Shown here: positions 1 through 13,561 of the stretch, in pieces
Layout: each line of letters starts with the position of its first letter
How positions within the stretch are numbered: position 1 is the first letter of the stretch
Source of the DNA: an uncultured virus (IMG/VR IMGVR_UViG_3300042691_030539)
Taxonomy: Duplodnaviria > Heunggongvirae > Uroviricota > Caudoviricetes
DNA length: 64,000 nucleotides
Virus record (IMG/VR): IMGVR_UViG_3300042691_030539
Strand: one strand, 5' to 3'
The notes under the pieces: generated by a model
Databases searched by the model: none
What the model saw: the letters and a program-made list of their open reading frames with translations, nothing else
What the model was told of the DNA's origin: nothing
Made by a program: the position numbers and the translations under genes

Positions 1-734
1 CAGTAGATACGGTTGAAGGTATTTTTGAAGCTTGTGAAACTATCATTGAGAAAGTTAGAACAGGCGATAAAAACAAATTGGTAACTATCGTAGTAGACTC
101 GGTAGCAGCAGCATCCACAAAGAAAGAATTGGAAGCAGATTACGATAAAGATGGTTACGCAACTGATAAAGCGATTATCATTTCAAAAGCAATGCGTAAA
201 ATTACGAATATGATTGGTAGACAAAACATTTGTTTAGTGTTTACTAACCAACTTCGTCAAAAGATGAACGCAATGGCATTTAGTGACCCTTGGACAACAT
301 CGGGCGGTAAAGCATTAGCATTCCATGCTTCTGTTCGCTTCCGTTTGAAATCTATGGGGCAACTTAAAGTCGGTGATAAGATTGTTGGTATCAAAGTGAG
401 AGCACAGGTTATCAAAAATCGTTTAGGACCACCATTGAGGCATGCAGATTTCTCTATTTTCTTCGATAGAGGAATTGATAACTACGGAAGTTGGTTGGGT
501 GTAATGAAAGATAATAAGTTAGTAAAGCAAGCAGGTGCGTGGTATGAATATACCGATACCGATACTGGTGAAATTATCAAATTCCAATCAAAAGATTTCG
601 CAGAGATTCTTAAAAACGAAGAGTTAAAAGACCAAATTTATCGTAAGATATGTGAGGTTACAATATTACAATATAAAAGTTCCGCTTCAGAGGAAGTTGA
701 TATAACAACGGATGTAGCAAATGAGTCAGATTAA
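1..734 (+). CDS. recA: RecA/UvsX-like recombinase (5'-truncated by window edge)
   Basis: Frame open from position 3; Walker B IVVDSVAA, FTNQLR, TTSGGKALAFHASVR, KNRLGPP, GAWY motifs. Confidence 0.93.
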   Translation, partial: VDTVEGIFEACETIIEKVRTGDKNKLVTIVVDSVAAASTKKELEADYDKDGYATDKAIIISKAMRKITNMIGRQNICLVFTNQLRQKMNAMAFSDPWTTSGGKALAFHASVRFRLKSMGQLKVGDKIVGIKVRAQVIKNRLGPPLRHADFSIFFDRGIDNYGSWLGVMKDNKLVKQAGAWYEYTDTDTGEIIKFQSKDFAEILKNEELKDQIYRKICEVTILQYKSSASEEVDITTDVANESD

Positions 735-1776
735 TAAGAAGTATCTTGAGATACTAAAACAGATAGATGAAGAACATAAGAGTTTTGGAGATTTACATAG
801 AAATTCTAAAACCCTAGTTATTGATGGTCTTAATACCTTCATTCGTTCTTGGTCAACAGCACCCAATTTATCAGATAATGGTGATCACATCGGTGGCATA
901 GTCGGTACTTTAAAAAGTATCGGCTACGCTATCCGTTTGATTAACCCGACTAGAGTTATTATTACCTTCGATGGTAAGGGTGGTTCAAAAAGCAGACAAA
1001 ATATATATGCGGGATATAAGGCGGATAGAGCTAAAAACAAAATCCGCCTTAATCGTGCTATCACCGGCGGTGATATGAACCCCGAAGATGAACAGGTATC
1101 AATGCGTAGGCAGATGGTAGCATTGGCAGACCTTTTAACACATTTACCTGTAACCATTATGTTATATGATGGAATAGAGGCCGATGATGTTATGGGTTAT
1201 ATTGCTACTCAACTTCGACAAGATGGTGAGAAGGTTGTACTAATGTCATCTGATAAAGATTTCTTACAATTAGTAAATAAAGACGTTAGCGTTTATTCAC
1301 CAACAAAAAAGAAAATCTATAATATAGAGGAAGTATTGGAAGAATTTGGTATTCATCCACATAACTTCATAAATTTCAGAATGATTGATGGTGATAAATC
1401 CGATAATATCGAAGGCATCAATGGTTTGGGAATCAAATCAATAATTAAAGCGTTTCCGATTCTAACTGAAGAAACTACACACACAACTGAAAGTATGATG
1501 GAGTATGTAAACGGATTGGATAAAAAAATAAAAGCACACGAATTATTTGAAAGTAATTTGGCAATTTGCGAAAGAAATCGTAGATTGATGCAGTTATCCG
1601 AACCAGAATTTAGTGGTAATCTTCGTATGAAAATTATGGATAGATACGATGAACCAACACCTAAATTTGATAAGCAAGGATTTCTAAAAGTGGGATTGAA
1701 AGCGGGTGTTATTGATTCATTTAAAGATATTAATGATTGGCTACAATCCACATTTGGACACATTTCAAAATTTTAA
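721..1776 (+). CDS. 5'-3' exonuclease / flap endonuclease (T4 RNase H / PolA N-terminal family)
   Basis: LVIDGLN, FDGKGG, YKADR, EADD, SSDKDFLQL, GDKSDNIEGINGLG motifs. Confidence 0.9.
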   Translation: MSQINKKYLEILKQIDEEHKSFGDLHRNSKTLVIDGLNTFIRSWSTAPNLSDNGDHIGGIVGTLKSIGYAIRLINPTRVIITFDGKGGSKSRQNIYAGYKADRAKNKIRLNRAITGGDMNPEDEQVSMRRQMVALADLLTHLPVTIMLYDGIEADDVMGYIATQLRQDGEKVVLMSSDKDFLQLVNKDVSVYSPTKKKIYNIEEVLEEFGIHPHNFINFRMIDGDKSDNIEGINGLGIKSIIKAFPILTEETTHTTESMMEYVNGLDKKIKAHELFESNLAICERNRRLMQLSEPEFSGNLRMKIMDRYDEPTPKFDKQGFLKVGLKAGVIDSFKDINDWLQSTFGHISKF

Positions 1777-1786
1777 AAAGTAAACT

Positions 1787-2092
1787 ATGGCAGACAGATT
1801 AGCAAAACCATTAGGAGATAGAGTTCTCCTAACAGAATTAGAAGGACAAGCAGAAACAACCGCAGGAGGTATTATCATACCTGATTCGGTAAAACAAGAA
1901 GATGTAAAAAGAGCAAAAGTAGAATCAATTGGACCTGGAATTTATACTCAAAATGGTGTATTGATTCCAATGAATGTAAATGTTGGAGATGAGGTTATAA
2001 TCCCACCGTACCATCAGGGACAAGAAGTAAAAATTGGTGGAAAAAAATATCTCTTAATGAGAGAATCTGAAATTTTAATGATTGTTAAGTAA
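1787..2092 (+). CDS. groES: Co-chaperonin GroES
   Basis: KPLGDRVLL, TAGGIIIPD mobile loop, VGDEV, YLLMRESEIL. Confidence 0.93.
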   Translation: MADRLAKPLGDRVLLTELEGQAETTAGGIIIPDSVKQEDVKRAKVESIGPGIYTQNGVLIPMNVNVGDEVIIPPYHQGQEVKIGGKKYLLMRESEILMIVK

Positions 2093-2113
2093 ACAAAAAC
2101 ATGGAGGTAAACT

Positions 2114-2326
2114 ATGAAGTGTCTTAAAAATGAAAAAACAGGAAATATCATCAGAGTTGATGATAAGCAAGCAGAACAAATGTCGGGAAATACTTGGAAG
2201 TATGTTTCAAAATCAGAATGGAAACTACAGACACGTAAACCAACTCAAACAGAAGCAGTGAACGATCAAATTACCGATGCAGTAACTATTTCGGAAAAGC
2301 AATTGAAAAGAAAAAAATCTAAATAA
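2114..2326 (+). CDS. Small basic hypothetical protein
   Basis: ORF abuts helicase start; GGAGG upstream. Confidence 0.7.
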   Translation: MKCLKNEKTGNIIRVDDKQAEQMSGNTWKYVSKSEWKLQTRKPTQTEAVNDQITDAVTISEKQLKRKKSK

Positions 2327-3684
2327 TGGAAGCAGTAGATACATTGGTAAAATATGGTCAATCGTATCAATCTAAAGTAGTTGCTTCATTCCTTACGGAT
2401 ATTAAGTTTTTAGAACAGGTAAACGAAATTACAAAACCTGTATTCTTTGAATCTCAAGCAAATCAATGGATTGTAAAGGAAACACAAACTTACTTTGATG
2501 AGTTTCGTGTGACTCCAACCATGGAGGTGTTTAAAATAAAAGTTGGTGAGATAGAAGATAAAGTTCTCAAACAAACGGTTATTGAACAATTAAAGAACGT
2601 TTATCAACAAATAGGTTCTGATGATTTAGCATACGTTAAAAAGGAATATCTAACATTTGCAAAAAATCAAAAAGTAAAAGATGCACTTTTAAAATCGGTA
2701 GACCTTCTCAAATCCGGTCAATATGATAAGATTATTGATACAATGACCGCAGCATCAAAAGTCGGTGTTGAAAATGATTTGGGTTTGGATTTTGTTGAGG
2801 ATTTTGAAAACATATTGGATGATGTAAAAAGGGATTCCGTATCAACGGGGTGGGATGTCATAGATGAATTAATGGATGGAGGTTTAGGACCCGGCGAATT
2901 GGGGGTAGTTATGGCACCATCTGGTATTGGTAAAAGTTGGTTCTTATCAAAAATAGCATGTGCTGCATTGCAAAGGGGTATCAATGTTCTTCATTATACT
3001 TTGGAATTATCCGAAAGTTATGTAGGACAAAGGTATATTACGATTCTAACTAATATTGCTACGGCAGACCAAAAGTTACGAAAAGATGATATTATTCGTA
3101 AGGTAAAGCAAACTCCCGGTAGAGTAAAAATAAAATACTATCCACCACAATTTGCATCTGCAAAAACTCTATCAGCACATATCGATAAAGTTAGAACAAG
3201 TGGATTTAATCCACAATTAATCATCATTGATTATGCTGACCTTCTTAAGTCGGCGAATAGAGGTAATGATGGTTTGTATGCAGAGTTAGGTGGAATATAT
3301 GAAGAATTGAGAGGATTGAGTGGTGAATCGGGTATCCCAATTTGGACAGCAACACAAACGAATAGAGCAGCAATTGATCACGAAGTAATTCAGGCGGATT
3401 CGGTTGGCGATTCATATAAGAAAGTTCAGACAGCAGATTTCATTATGAGTGTGAGCAGAAAGACCAAAGATAAATTATCTAACACAGGTAGAATCCACAT
3501 TGTAAAGAATCGTTTCGGACCAGATGGTATGACATTCCCTGCAAAGATTGATACGTTCCACGGAGTTATGGATGTGTTTGCAGCAACATCGGTAGATGGT
3601 ATGATTGCTACTAAAGAGAGTAAGAATGGTGAGGGATTAGAAAAGAAGTTACTACATAAAAAGTATGTTGAAAATATGGGATAA
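2326..3684 (+). CDS. Replicative DNA helicase (DnaB/T4 gp41-like)
   Basis: Walker A APSGIGKS, IIIDYADLL, WTATQTNR, KNRFG. Confidence 0.92.
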   Translation: MEAVDTLVKYGQSYQSKVVASFLTDIKFLEQVNEITKPVFFESQANQWIVKETQTYFDEFRVTPTMEVFKIKVGEIEDKVLKQTVIEQLKNVYQQIGSDDLAYVKKEYLTFAKNQKVKDALLKSVDLLKSGQYDKIIDTMTAASKVGVENDLGLDFVEDFENILDDVKRDSVSTGWDVIDELMDGGLGPGELGVVMAPSGIGKSWFLSKIACAALQRGINVLHYTLELSESYVGQRYITILTNIATADQKLRKDDIIRKVKQTPGRVKIKYYPPQFASAKTLSAHIDKVRTSGFNPQLIIIDYADLLKSANRGNDGLYAELGGIYEELRGLSGESGIPIWTATQTNRAAIDHEVIQADSVGDSYKKVQTADFIMSVSRKTKDKLSNTGRIHIVKNRFGPDGMTFPAKIDTFHGVMDVFAATSVDGMIATKESKNGEGLEKKLLHKKYVENMG

Positions 3685-4322
3685 TGAGTGAGGTAACATC
3701 TTACATAGTACAGGAAACATCATTTAATCATTCGGTTAGAAAGTTTCTTAAAAAGTGGCATTATTCGGATTATGTAAATATTCAGGCAAAGCATACATTT
3801 TGTCTTTTTAAAGATGGAAAGTTTGGTTTACCTGAAATGATAGGAGTTTGTATTTACACTCGACCGGCCGGCCCATCCGCTGCACAATCTTATTATCCAT
3901 CTAATCCTGATAAAGTTTTAGAATTAAGAAGATTATGTTTAATAGATGAAACACCTAAAAATGCAGAATCATATTTCGTTAGTAAAACTATTAAATGGTT
4001 AAAAAAGAATACTGATTGGGAGTATGTAATTTCATACGCAGATGAGGAACAAGGTCACACAGGTGTAATTTATAAAGCTTGTAATTTTAATTATTTAGGA
4101 AAAACAAAAGCCGGAAAAACATTAGAAGTAGATGGTGAACGATTTCATATTAGAACACTAACAATGATAGATAGACCATATGGTGTTGAAATAAATAAAC
4201 GTTGGAAGGAAAAAGATGATGGAATCAAAGTTATAGAAACTTTACCAAAACACATATACACATATAATTTGGTGAAACATAAGTATATAAAATTTGAAAA
4301 AAAAAATTACGAAAAACCCTAA
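3684..4322 (+). CDS. Mom-like (GNAT-fold) putative adenine-modification protein
   Basis: KWHYS, LELRRLC, KNAESYF, ISYADEEQGHTGVIYKACNF motifs typical of phage Mom-like proteins. Confidence 0.7.
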   Translation: MSEVTSYIVQETSFNHSVRKFLKKWHYSDYVNIQAKHTFCLFKDGKFGLPEMIGVCIYTRPAGPSAAQSYYPSNPDKVLELRRLCLIDETPKNAESYFVSKTIKWLKKNTDWEYVISYADEEQGHTGVIYKACNFNYLGKTKAGKTLEVDGERFHIRTLTMIDRPYGVEINKRWKEKDDGIKVIETLPKHIYTYNLVKHKYIKFEKKNYEKP

Positions 4323-4433
4323 AATTTACTAAAGAAAATGGGAGTATTGTCCTTGACACCTAATATATATCTTTACATTTTCTGGTTTTTCGGAAAAAAT
4401 ATTAATTAACACATTTAAAAAAAATTTTACAAA

Positions 4434-7149
<2,716 letters not shown>

Positions 7150-7172
<23 letters not shown>

Positions 7173-7413
7173 TGCAACGTGGTGTGGACCATGTAGAGCA
7201 CTTGCACCTGTAATGAATGAAATTAAATCTCAATTTTCAAATGTTAAGTTTGAAGAGTATGATGTAGATAATGAGGTAGATGAAGTAATGAAATATAATG
7301 TAACATCAGTACCGACTGTGATAATTGAAAAAGATGGCCAGTTGTTTGAAAGATTTACAGGCCTATCATCAAAAGTTGCATATGTTAATGCAATAAATGA
7401 AAGTTTAAAATAA
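7150..7413 (+). CDS. trxA: Thioredoxin
   Basis: WCGPC active site, SVPT cis-Pro motif. Confidence 0.92.
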
Positions 7414-7415
7414 TA

Positions 7416-8120
7416 ATGATAGTTATTTGTTGCAAATATACAAATGATATTGGTATTAAAACAGAATTTAAAGTACCAAATAAATTCCCATACGTTGGAC
7501 CAACATCAACGATAATTGATGTAGTAGATGCTTGTAAAGTACACATGCCAAATGAAAAGATTGTTGTGGTTGATAGTGATTCCGAAGATAAATCATATTA
7601 CGAACTCATAGATGTATTTGATATAATTGAAGGTAATTCGAATTACGAAGCTGGAGCAATTTGGAAAGCATTTGAAAAGTATCCAGATGAAGATTATTAT
7701 TTACTACTACAAGATACAACAATACCAACTACCAATTTAATTAAGGAATTAAAAGATAATGATGTTATCGGTTTTTGGTATACAAATGATTGGGAATCTG
7801 ATATGGAGGGATGTAGAGAATGGGCTATCAAAAATATAAAGATAACGAACATAGAATATATCAGCTATGGTTTTAAATCTATTTTGAATAATATTTTCAT
7901 AGTTAAAAATAAAGTACTTAAAGAATTAAAAGATAAAAGTTTTAATAAAGTTTTACCGAATGATAAGATTAGTTCGGCATCTATGGAAAGACTATGGGGA
8001 ATTGTATTTAAACAAATGGGATATAAATTAAAACATTTATTACCACACATATACGATGTATCTAAATACACTTTACATGAGAATCCCTATATTATAAAAA
8101 ATTTTGGAAAAAAAGAATAA
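7416..8120 (+). CDS. Hypothetical protein, possibly glycosyltransferase-like
   Basis: VVVDSDS, YEAGA, LLQD, ERLWG motifs resemble phage GT-like proteins. Confidence 0.5.
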   Translation: MIVICCKYTNDIGIKTEFKVPNKFPYVGPTSTIIDVVDACKVHMPNEKIVVVDSDSEDKSYYELIDVFDIIEGNSNYEAGAIWKAFEKYPDEDYYLLLQDTTIPTTNLIKELKDNDVIGFWYTNDWESDMEGCREWAIKNIKITNIEYISYGFKSILNNIFIVKNKVLKELKDKSFNKVLPNDKISSASMERLWGIVFKQMGYKLKHLLPHIYDVSKYTLHENPYIIKNFGKKE

Positions 8121-8122
8121 AA

Positions 8123-8677
8123 ATGACATTTGCACAACACTACGAAGCGTATCCGATTGAATTAAAATCGGATAAAGGACATGGACACGACTATATTAAT
8201 GGATATTATAGTAATGAGTTCACAGATAAAAAACATTTAAATTTAAATATAGTTGAAATAGGTGTCAATAGAGGACAATCTATATTACTATTAGGAGATT
8301 GGTTTACAAACTCAAATATAGTTGGCATTGATGATGGAAGAGAATTATATGATGAATGGAAAACTATCACATCACATTTATCAAATGTTAGTTTACTAAT
8401 GGGTGATGCGTATTCTGATTACATTGTAGAACAATTTGAAGATGATTCAATTGATTATTTGATAGATGATGGCCCACATACTATACAATCTCAAATTGAT
8501 TGTGTACAAAAGTGGTTTAAAAAAATAAAACCAGGAGGAAAATTAATTATAGAAGATATTCAAAATATTGATGAAGATAAATACAAATTTGATGATTTGG
8601 GTATAGAATATGAATTAATAGATTTAAGAAAAAACAATAATAAATACGATGATATATTGTTGATATTTAAAAAATAG
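8123..8677 (+). CDS. Class I SAM-dependent methyltransferase
   Basis: SDKG..HDY, EIGV, IDDGPH, KPGGKLIIED. Confidence 0.85.
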   Translation: MTFAQHYEAYPIELKSDKGHGHDYINGYYSNEFTDKKHLNLNIVEIGVNRGQSILLLGDWFTNSNIVGIDDGRELYDEWKTITSHLSNVSLLMGDAYSDYIVEQFEDDSIDYLIDDGPHTIQSQIDCVQKWFKKIKPGGKLIIEDIQNIDEDKYKFDDLGIEYELIDLRKNNNKYDDILLIFKK

Positions 8678-8678
8678 A

Positions 8679-8710
8679 TTTGTTAAAGTGAAAAAAGTTA
8701 CATATATTAG
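8679..8710 (+). promoter_or_regulatory. Bacteroidota-type promoter
   Basis: TTTG (8679)-20 nt-TATATTAG (8703). Confidence 0.65.
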
Positions 8711-8714
8711 AGTT

Positions 8715-8912
8715 ATGTTAAAGGGAGAAGCACATCCAATGCATAAACTTACTGAAAAGCAAGTTGAAACGATTAGAGAACTATGGAAAGTTGGACATCG
8801 TAATGTAAAAGTATTGGCGCAAAATCACAAAGTTTCGCCCGCAAATATTAAAAAAATAGTTACAAATAAAACATGGACACACATGTTGAAATGGCCTTAT
8901 GAAAGAAGCTAA
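8715..8912 (+). CDS. Small HTH-like protein (start revised to ATG 8715)
   Basis: GEAHPMHKLTEKQV..IR...LAQNHKVS...IKKIVTNKTWTH resembles the DNA-binding tail of phage HNH homing endonucleases. Confidence 0.65.
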   Translation: MLKGEAHPMHKLTEKQVETIRELWKVGHRNVKVLAQNHKVSPANIKKIVTNKTWTHMLKWPYERS

Positions 8913-9702
8913 TAAAATTTATTGTGATGTATCCAGAGTTACAATTAGAGAAATAAGTCCATCCGTTGCAAAGGAGATTATAGTTAAAAAACACTATACG
9001 CATGCATGGACAGCCTGCAGGTATTCTTTGGGTATATTTTACAGAACAGATGAAGTAAATGCATTGGGTGACAACGAAAAACTCATCGGATGTTTAGTTT
9101 ATGGATTTCCGGTAGGTGCAAGAGCAGCACTTTCAATTTCAGAACAACTTACAAAAGACAATGTATTAGAACTTACTCGTCTCTATTGTGATGATGGATA
9201 CGGTGCTAATATTGAATCCTATGCAATTGGACAATCATTCAAATGGTTTAGAGAAAACGATAAAGCAATTAAGGTACTCATTTCCTACGCAGATAACGGA
9301 CAGGAGCATTTGGGTGGAATATACCAAGCAACTAACTGGATATATCAGGGAATGAACACAGAAATTGCTTTAATGCCTAATTACGGAATATCTCTAACAA
9401 AAGACCCTTATGATTGGATTCATAGTAGAACTGTCTATTCAATGTGGGGTAGTGGTAATTTAGAACACCTTCGTAGAGAAATCGGAAAGCAAGGTTACAA
9501 AGAATTTTGGAGAAGAGAAGAACCACCAAAGCATAGATACATACAGGTCATTACGGGTGATAAAAAAGAAAAGAAAGAAATATTAAAATCCCTTAAGCAC
9601 GAAGTTAGAGATTATCCAAAGAATGCAAAGGAATTTAATAAAGAAATAGAACATCATTTAACAATCGCACCTGAAACTGAATTGGCAAGTAAGTTTTGGT
9701 AA
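8899..9702 (+). CDS. Mom-like putative adenine-modification protein (second paralog)
   Basis: KKHYTH, LELTRLY, NIESYAI, ISYADNGQEHLGGIYQATNWIYQG, PKHRY. Confidence 0.72.
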   Translation: MKEANKIYCDVSRVTIREISPSVAKEIIVKKHYTHAWTACRYSLGIFYRTDEVNALGDNEKLIGCLVYGFPVGARAALSISEQLTKDNVLELTRLYCDDGYGANIESYAIGQSFKWFRENDKAIKVLISYADNGQEHLGGIYQATNWIYQGMNTEIALMPNYGISLTKDPYDWIHSRTVYSMWGSGNLEHLRREIGKQGYKEFWRREEPPKHRYIQVITGDKKEKKEILKSLKHEVRDYPKNAKEFNKEIEHHLTIAPETELASKFW

Positions 9703-9726
9703 TATGCGAAAAAAATAGTATATTCA
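9695..9726 (+). promoter_or_regulatory. Bacteroidota-type promoter
   Basis: TTTG-20 nt-TATATTCA, 4 nt before ATG 9731. Confidence 0.55.
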
Positions 9727-9730
9727 TAAT

Positions 9731-10954
9731 ATGAAATTTTGGGATACCGGCGAAGAGCCAAAAAAAGCAGGATTTGATTTTGAAAAAGAAAAACAAGCTT
9801 TGATTGCAAACTTGGATTACCTCTTTTCAATGTCAGTACAAGAACAAACACTCTATAAAAAGTGGTTAGAGTGGAATGAAGATTTGCATGCCAGTTATCA
9901 GCAACTTCCGGCATTACATCAACAATACGACAAGATTTGGAAACCGAAGAATATAAACGATAGAGAAGGAACCATTGCAGAAATCCAAGCGATGCAACCT
10001 TATGTAGAATTGGTTGAAGAAGGTGATGAAGCAACGAAGTGGACTTATATGAGAAAGTTAATAAGTTCTATGGAGTTTACACCAAACCCAGGCCGTAATG
10101 TAAAAGCATTCGTAAAGGATAGAACATCAGGAAAAGTATTGGGAGTTATTTCATTAGGTTCGGATATTACATCGTTAGGTGTGAGGGATGAGTATATTGG
10201 TTGGAATAAAGAAGATAAGTTTGAAAAAGGTAAGTTAAACAATACTGCAATCGGAACATCAATCATTGCAACACAACCTTTGGGTTATAATTTTTTGGGT
10301 GGTAAATTAGTATCAGCACTAACCACATCACCAACATTTAGAGAACATTGGAAACAAAAGTATGATAATACTCTAATTGCGGTAGGTACAACATCACTAT
10401 ATGGTATTCATTCACAATACAATGCCATTCCACATTTCAAAACATTGGGAGAAAGTAAAGGTAAAATCAGTATCAAACCTGATGATAAATTTTATGACCC
10501 GTGGCATCAATGGTTAAAAGAAAATCGTAGTGAGTGGTATAAAGAAAATATAACCGAAGAAAGAGAACGTAATGGTGCTAATATGGGTTACGATAGAAAT
10601 GGACCTGTTAGTGGTATCAAACAAAAAATATTAACTCAAATATTCAAAGAGTGTGGTATTAAAGCAGATACATATCATCACGGATTTAAAAGAGGTGTTT
10701 ACTTCGCAATGATGTATGAGAATGGTTGTGAATTTCTTTGTGATAAAATTACTGAAGATAAATTAGTAATGAAAGATAAATTTGTGGAGGGAGATGAATA
10801 TACAATCCGTTGGTGGAAAAAACAAGCAATAAAAAGATATTCAAAACTACATGAAGAAGGTAGATTGAAAAATGAAACTCTGTTTTACGCAGATGCAATC
10901 GGATTGACTTGGGAACAAATGAAAGAAAAATTTTTAGCAGACGTAGGAAGATAA
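9731..10954 (+). CDS. DUF4338 / Druantia DruA-like protein
   Basis: PGRN, RDEYIGW, QPLGYNFLGGKLV, TTSLYG.HSQYN motifs. Confidence 0.7.
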   Translation: MKFWDTGEEPKKAGFDFEKEKQALIANLDYLFSMSVQEQTLYKKWLEWNEDLHASYQQLPALHQQYDKIWKPKNINDREGTIAEIQAMQPYVELVEEGDEATKWTYMRKLISSMEFTPNPGRNVKAFVKDRTSGKVLGVISLGSDITSLGVRDEYIGWNKEDKFEKGKLNNTAIGTSIIATQPLGYNFLGGKLVSALTTSPTFREHWKQKYDNTLIAVGTTSLYGIHSQYNAIPHFKTLGESKGKISIKPDDKFYDPWHQWLKENRSEWYKENITEERERNGANMGYDRNGPVSGIKQKILTQIFKECGIKADTYHHGFKRGVYFAMMYENGCEFLCDKITEDKLVMKDKFVEGDEYTIRWWKKQAIKRYSKLHEEGRLKNETLFYADAIGLTWEQMKEKFLADVGR

Positions 10955-10957
10955 ATT

Positions 10958-13513
10958 ATGTATCAAAACATTTATTACGAAAGACAAAAAAACTTAATAC
11001 ATCTTTGGGATGATGAACGGGGATATACAACATTCCCATATCGTAAGTATGCGTATAAGAAAGACCCATACGGACAATATCGTTCTATGAATGGAGATAA
11101 GTTAAGTAAGATAGGTAAGTGGGATAAAGATGAATCGGATGAATTATTTGAATCCGATGTTCCTGAAACCACAAGAGTATTGGTAGATATTTACGATAGT
11201 GATATCCCATCAGTAGGTCATAGAATAATGACGTTTGATATTGAGGTTGAGATGATATCAGGACTTCCAAATACAAAAGAAGCACAAAACGAAATCACAT
11301 CAATTGCTGCACATGATAGTGCAACAAAACTATTTGATGTTTTCGTATTAGATAAACAAAGAAAAGTTAAAAAAAATGCTGACAAATTTAGCAAGGATGG
11401 TAGAGAGGGGAGTGTTCACATTTTCGATAACGAGAAAAATCTTCTACTTGCATTTCTTAATTATTACGAAGAAGTTGATGCGACTATTTTAACAGGTTGG
11501 AACATAGACTTTTTCGATATTCCATATCTCTACAATCGTATCAAAAATGTTTGTGGAGAAGGACATGCAAAGAGGTTATCACGTATTGGACAATGTTTTT
11601 ATTCACCTTACAGAGACAAGTGGTCATTTGGTGGTGTATCTATTTTGGATTATATCAATTTATACAAACAATATAATTTTGGCTTGGAAAGTAGTTACAC
11701 CCTAAACCACATCGCAACAAAAGAATTGGGTAGAGGTAAGGTTGAATATGAGGGTAGTTTGGATGATTTATTTGAAACAGATTTAGAAAAGTTCATAGAG
11801 TATAACATTGTAGACGTGGACTTGGTGGTAGCGATGGATAATAAATTAAAGTTTATTGAATTGTGTAGAGCAATCTGCCACGCTGGTTATGTTCCATATG
11901 AAGATTACATTTATTCTTCAAAATGGTTGGAAGGTGCATGTTTATCTTATCTGAAAGTAAAGGGATTGGTAGCAACTAATAAACCAAAGGATAGGAGAGA
12001 AAGAATGCAAGCACTTCGAGATAATGATGAAGAGAAGTTTATCGGTGCATATGTAAAAGAACCCATCGTTGGTAAGTATGATTGGATTTATGATTTGGAT
12101 TTGACATCTCTATATCCATCAATCATTATGACCCTAAACATCAGTCCCGAAACAAAGATTGGTAAGATTGAAAATTGGGATGCGGAAGCGTGGATTAAGG
12201 GTGAAGATAGTGGAACATATCGAATAGTTGGTAAGGATGATACATACGAATATACAAAAGAAGAACTTGCAGAAGTAATTAAAGATAGTAATTTAGGAGT
12301 AGCAGCAAACGGAGTTTTGTATAATCAGGATAAGCCAGGTCTAATTGCAGATATTCTTAACACATGGTTTCAAAAGCGTGTTGAGTATCGCAAGTTGGAA
12401 AAGAAATATGGTGAGGAAGGAAACACAGAGCAATACGAATTCTATGGTAAAAGACAACACGTTCAGAAAATCCTACTAAACTCAATGTATGGTGTATTAG
12501 GACTTCCGGCATTTCGTTTCTATGATGTGGATAATGCGGAAGCAGTAACTCTGACAGGACAGGTGGTGATTAAGAAAACCGCTGAAATGGCAAACATCAA
12601 ATATTGGAAAGAGTTGGGAACAAAAGAAGATTACAATGTTTATATTGATACCGACTCAATCTATATGATGGCAGAACCTTTAGTAAAACATCGTTATCCA
12701 AACTATAAAGAATTTGATGAGAAGAGGATGGCACAAGAGGTTAATACAATTGCAGAAGAAACACAATCATTTCTGAATAAGTTTTACGATATGTTGGCTG
12801 AAAGATTTTTCTTCATTCCAAAAGAGAAGCATCGTTTTGAGATTAAGAAAGAGTACATCAGTAAAGCCGGATTTTGGGTAGCAAAGAAACGATATGCACA
12901 ATGGATGATTTTGAAAAATGGTATTCCGTGTGATAAGTTGGACGTAAAAGGTTTGGATGTAGTAAGAAGTTCATTTCCAAAAGCATTTCAGAAGTTTATG
13001 TCTGCAATGTTGAAAGATATTCTAATGGGAAAAGATAACGAATATATTGATGATACGTTACTTACTTTTAAGAAAAGTTTACCAACACTTCCTGTAAATC
13101 TAATTGCAAAAGGTGGAGCAATTAAAGAGTTAAGTAAATATGATGATGGTAGTTGGAAATCCGGTGCATCAATTGCAAACTTTGAGAAGGGAACACCTGC
13201 ACACGTTAAAGCCGGAATTGCATACAATAGATTGCTTAAATTCTTTAACGCACCATACAAACACGAACCAATTAGAGATGGTGATAAAGTTAAATGGGTA
13301 TATCTTAAAACAAACCCATTAGGACTAGATACTCTTGCATTCAAAGATTATAATGACCCAAAAGAGGTTATGGACTTCATTGAAACATATATTGATAGAG
13401 ATAAAATATTTGAAGCAGAGTTAGAAAACAAATTAGATGATTTCTATAACGCATTAAAGTGGGAGAAAGCAACAACAGAAACAAAAACAGCTAAAAAGTT
13501 TTTTGCTTTCTAA
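10958..13513 (+). CDS. polB: Family B DNA polymerase
   Basis: Exo FDIE, GWNIDFFDIPY; Pol DLTSLYPS, KILLNSMYG, YIDTDS, KKRYA; no intein seen. Confidence 0.96.
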   Translation: MYQNIYYERQKNLIHLWDDERGYTTFPYRKYAYKKDPYGQYRSMNGDKLSKIGKWDKDESDELFESDVPETTRVLVDIYDSDIPSVGHRIMTFDIEVEMISGLPNTKEAQNEITSIAAHDSATKLFDVFVLDKQRKVKKNADKFSKDGREGSVHIFDNEKNLLLAFLNYYEEVDATILTGWNIDFFDIPYLYNRIKNVCGEGHAKRLSRIGQCFYSPYRDKWSFGGVSILDYINLYKQYNFGLESSYTLNHIATKELGRGKVEYEGSLDDLFETDLEKFIEYNIVDVDLVVAMDNKLKFIELCRAICHAGYVPYEDYIYSSKWLEGACLSYLKVKGLVATNKPKDRRERMQALRDNDEEKFIGAYVKEPIVGKYDWIYDLDLTSLYPSIIMTLNISPETKIGKIENWDAEAWIKGEDSGTYRIVGKDDTYEYTKEELAEVIKDSNLGVAANGVLYNQDKPGLIADILNTWFQKRVEYRKLEKKYGEEGNTEQYEFYGKRQHVQKILLNSMYGVLGLPAFRFYDVDNAEAVTLTGQVVIKKTAEMANIKYWKELGTKEDYNVYIDTDSIYMMAEPLVKHRYPNYKEFDEKRMAQEVNTIAEETQSFLNKFYDMLAERFFFIPKEKHRFEIKKEYISKAGFWVAKKRYAQWMILKNGIPCDKLDVKGLDVVRSSFPKAFQKFMSAMLKDILMGKDNEYIDDTLLTFKKSLPTLPVNLIAKGGAIKELSKYDDGSWKSGASIANFEKGTPAHVKAGIAYNRLLKFFNAPYKHEPIRDGDKVKWVYLKTNPLGLDTLAFKDYNDPKEVMDFIETYIDRDKIFEAELENKLDDFYNALKWEKATTETKTAKKFFAF

Positions 13514-13532
13514 TAAAAATTTCGTATATTTA
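13502..13532 (+). promoter_or_regulatory. Bacteroidota-type promoter
   Basis: TTTG-19 nt-TATATTTA upstream of clamp gene. Confidence 0.55.
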
Positions 13533-13561
13533 ACAAACATAAAACTTAAACAATTACAATT

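Noticed and set aside
4297..4306. Poly-A tract as programmed frameshift or phase-variation site (also ~41205)
   Set aside because: It lies at an ORF tail or in an A-rich leader, with no alternative-frame extension of note; it is expected in this AT-rich genome.
9731..10954. Complete Druantia defence system
   Set aside because: Only a DruA-like gene is present, with no DruE helicase or other subunits.
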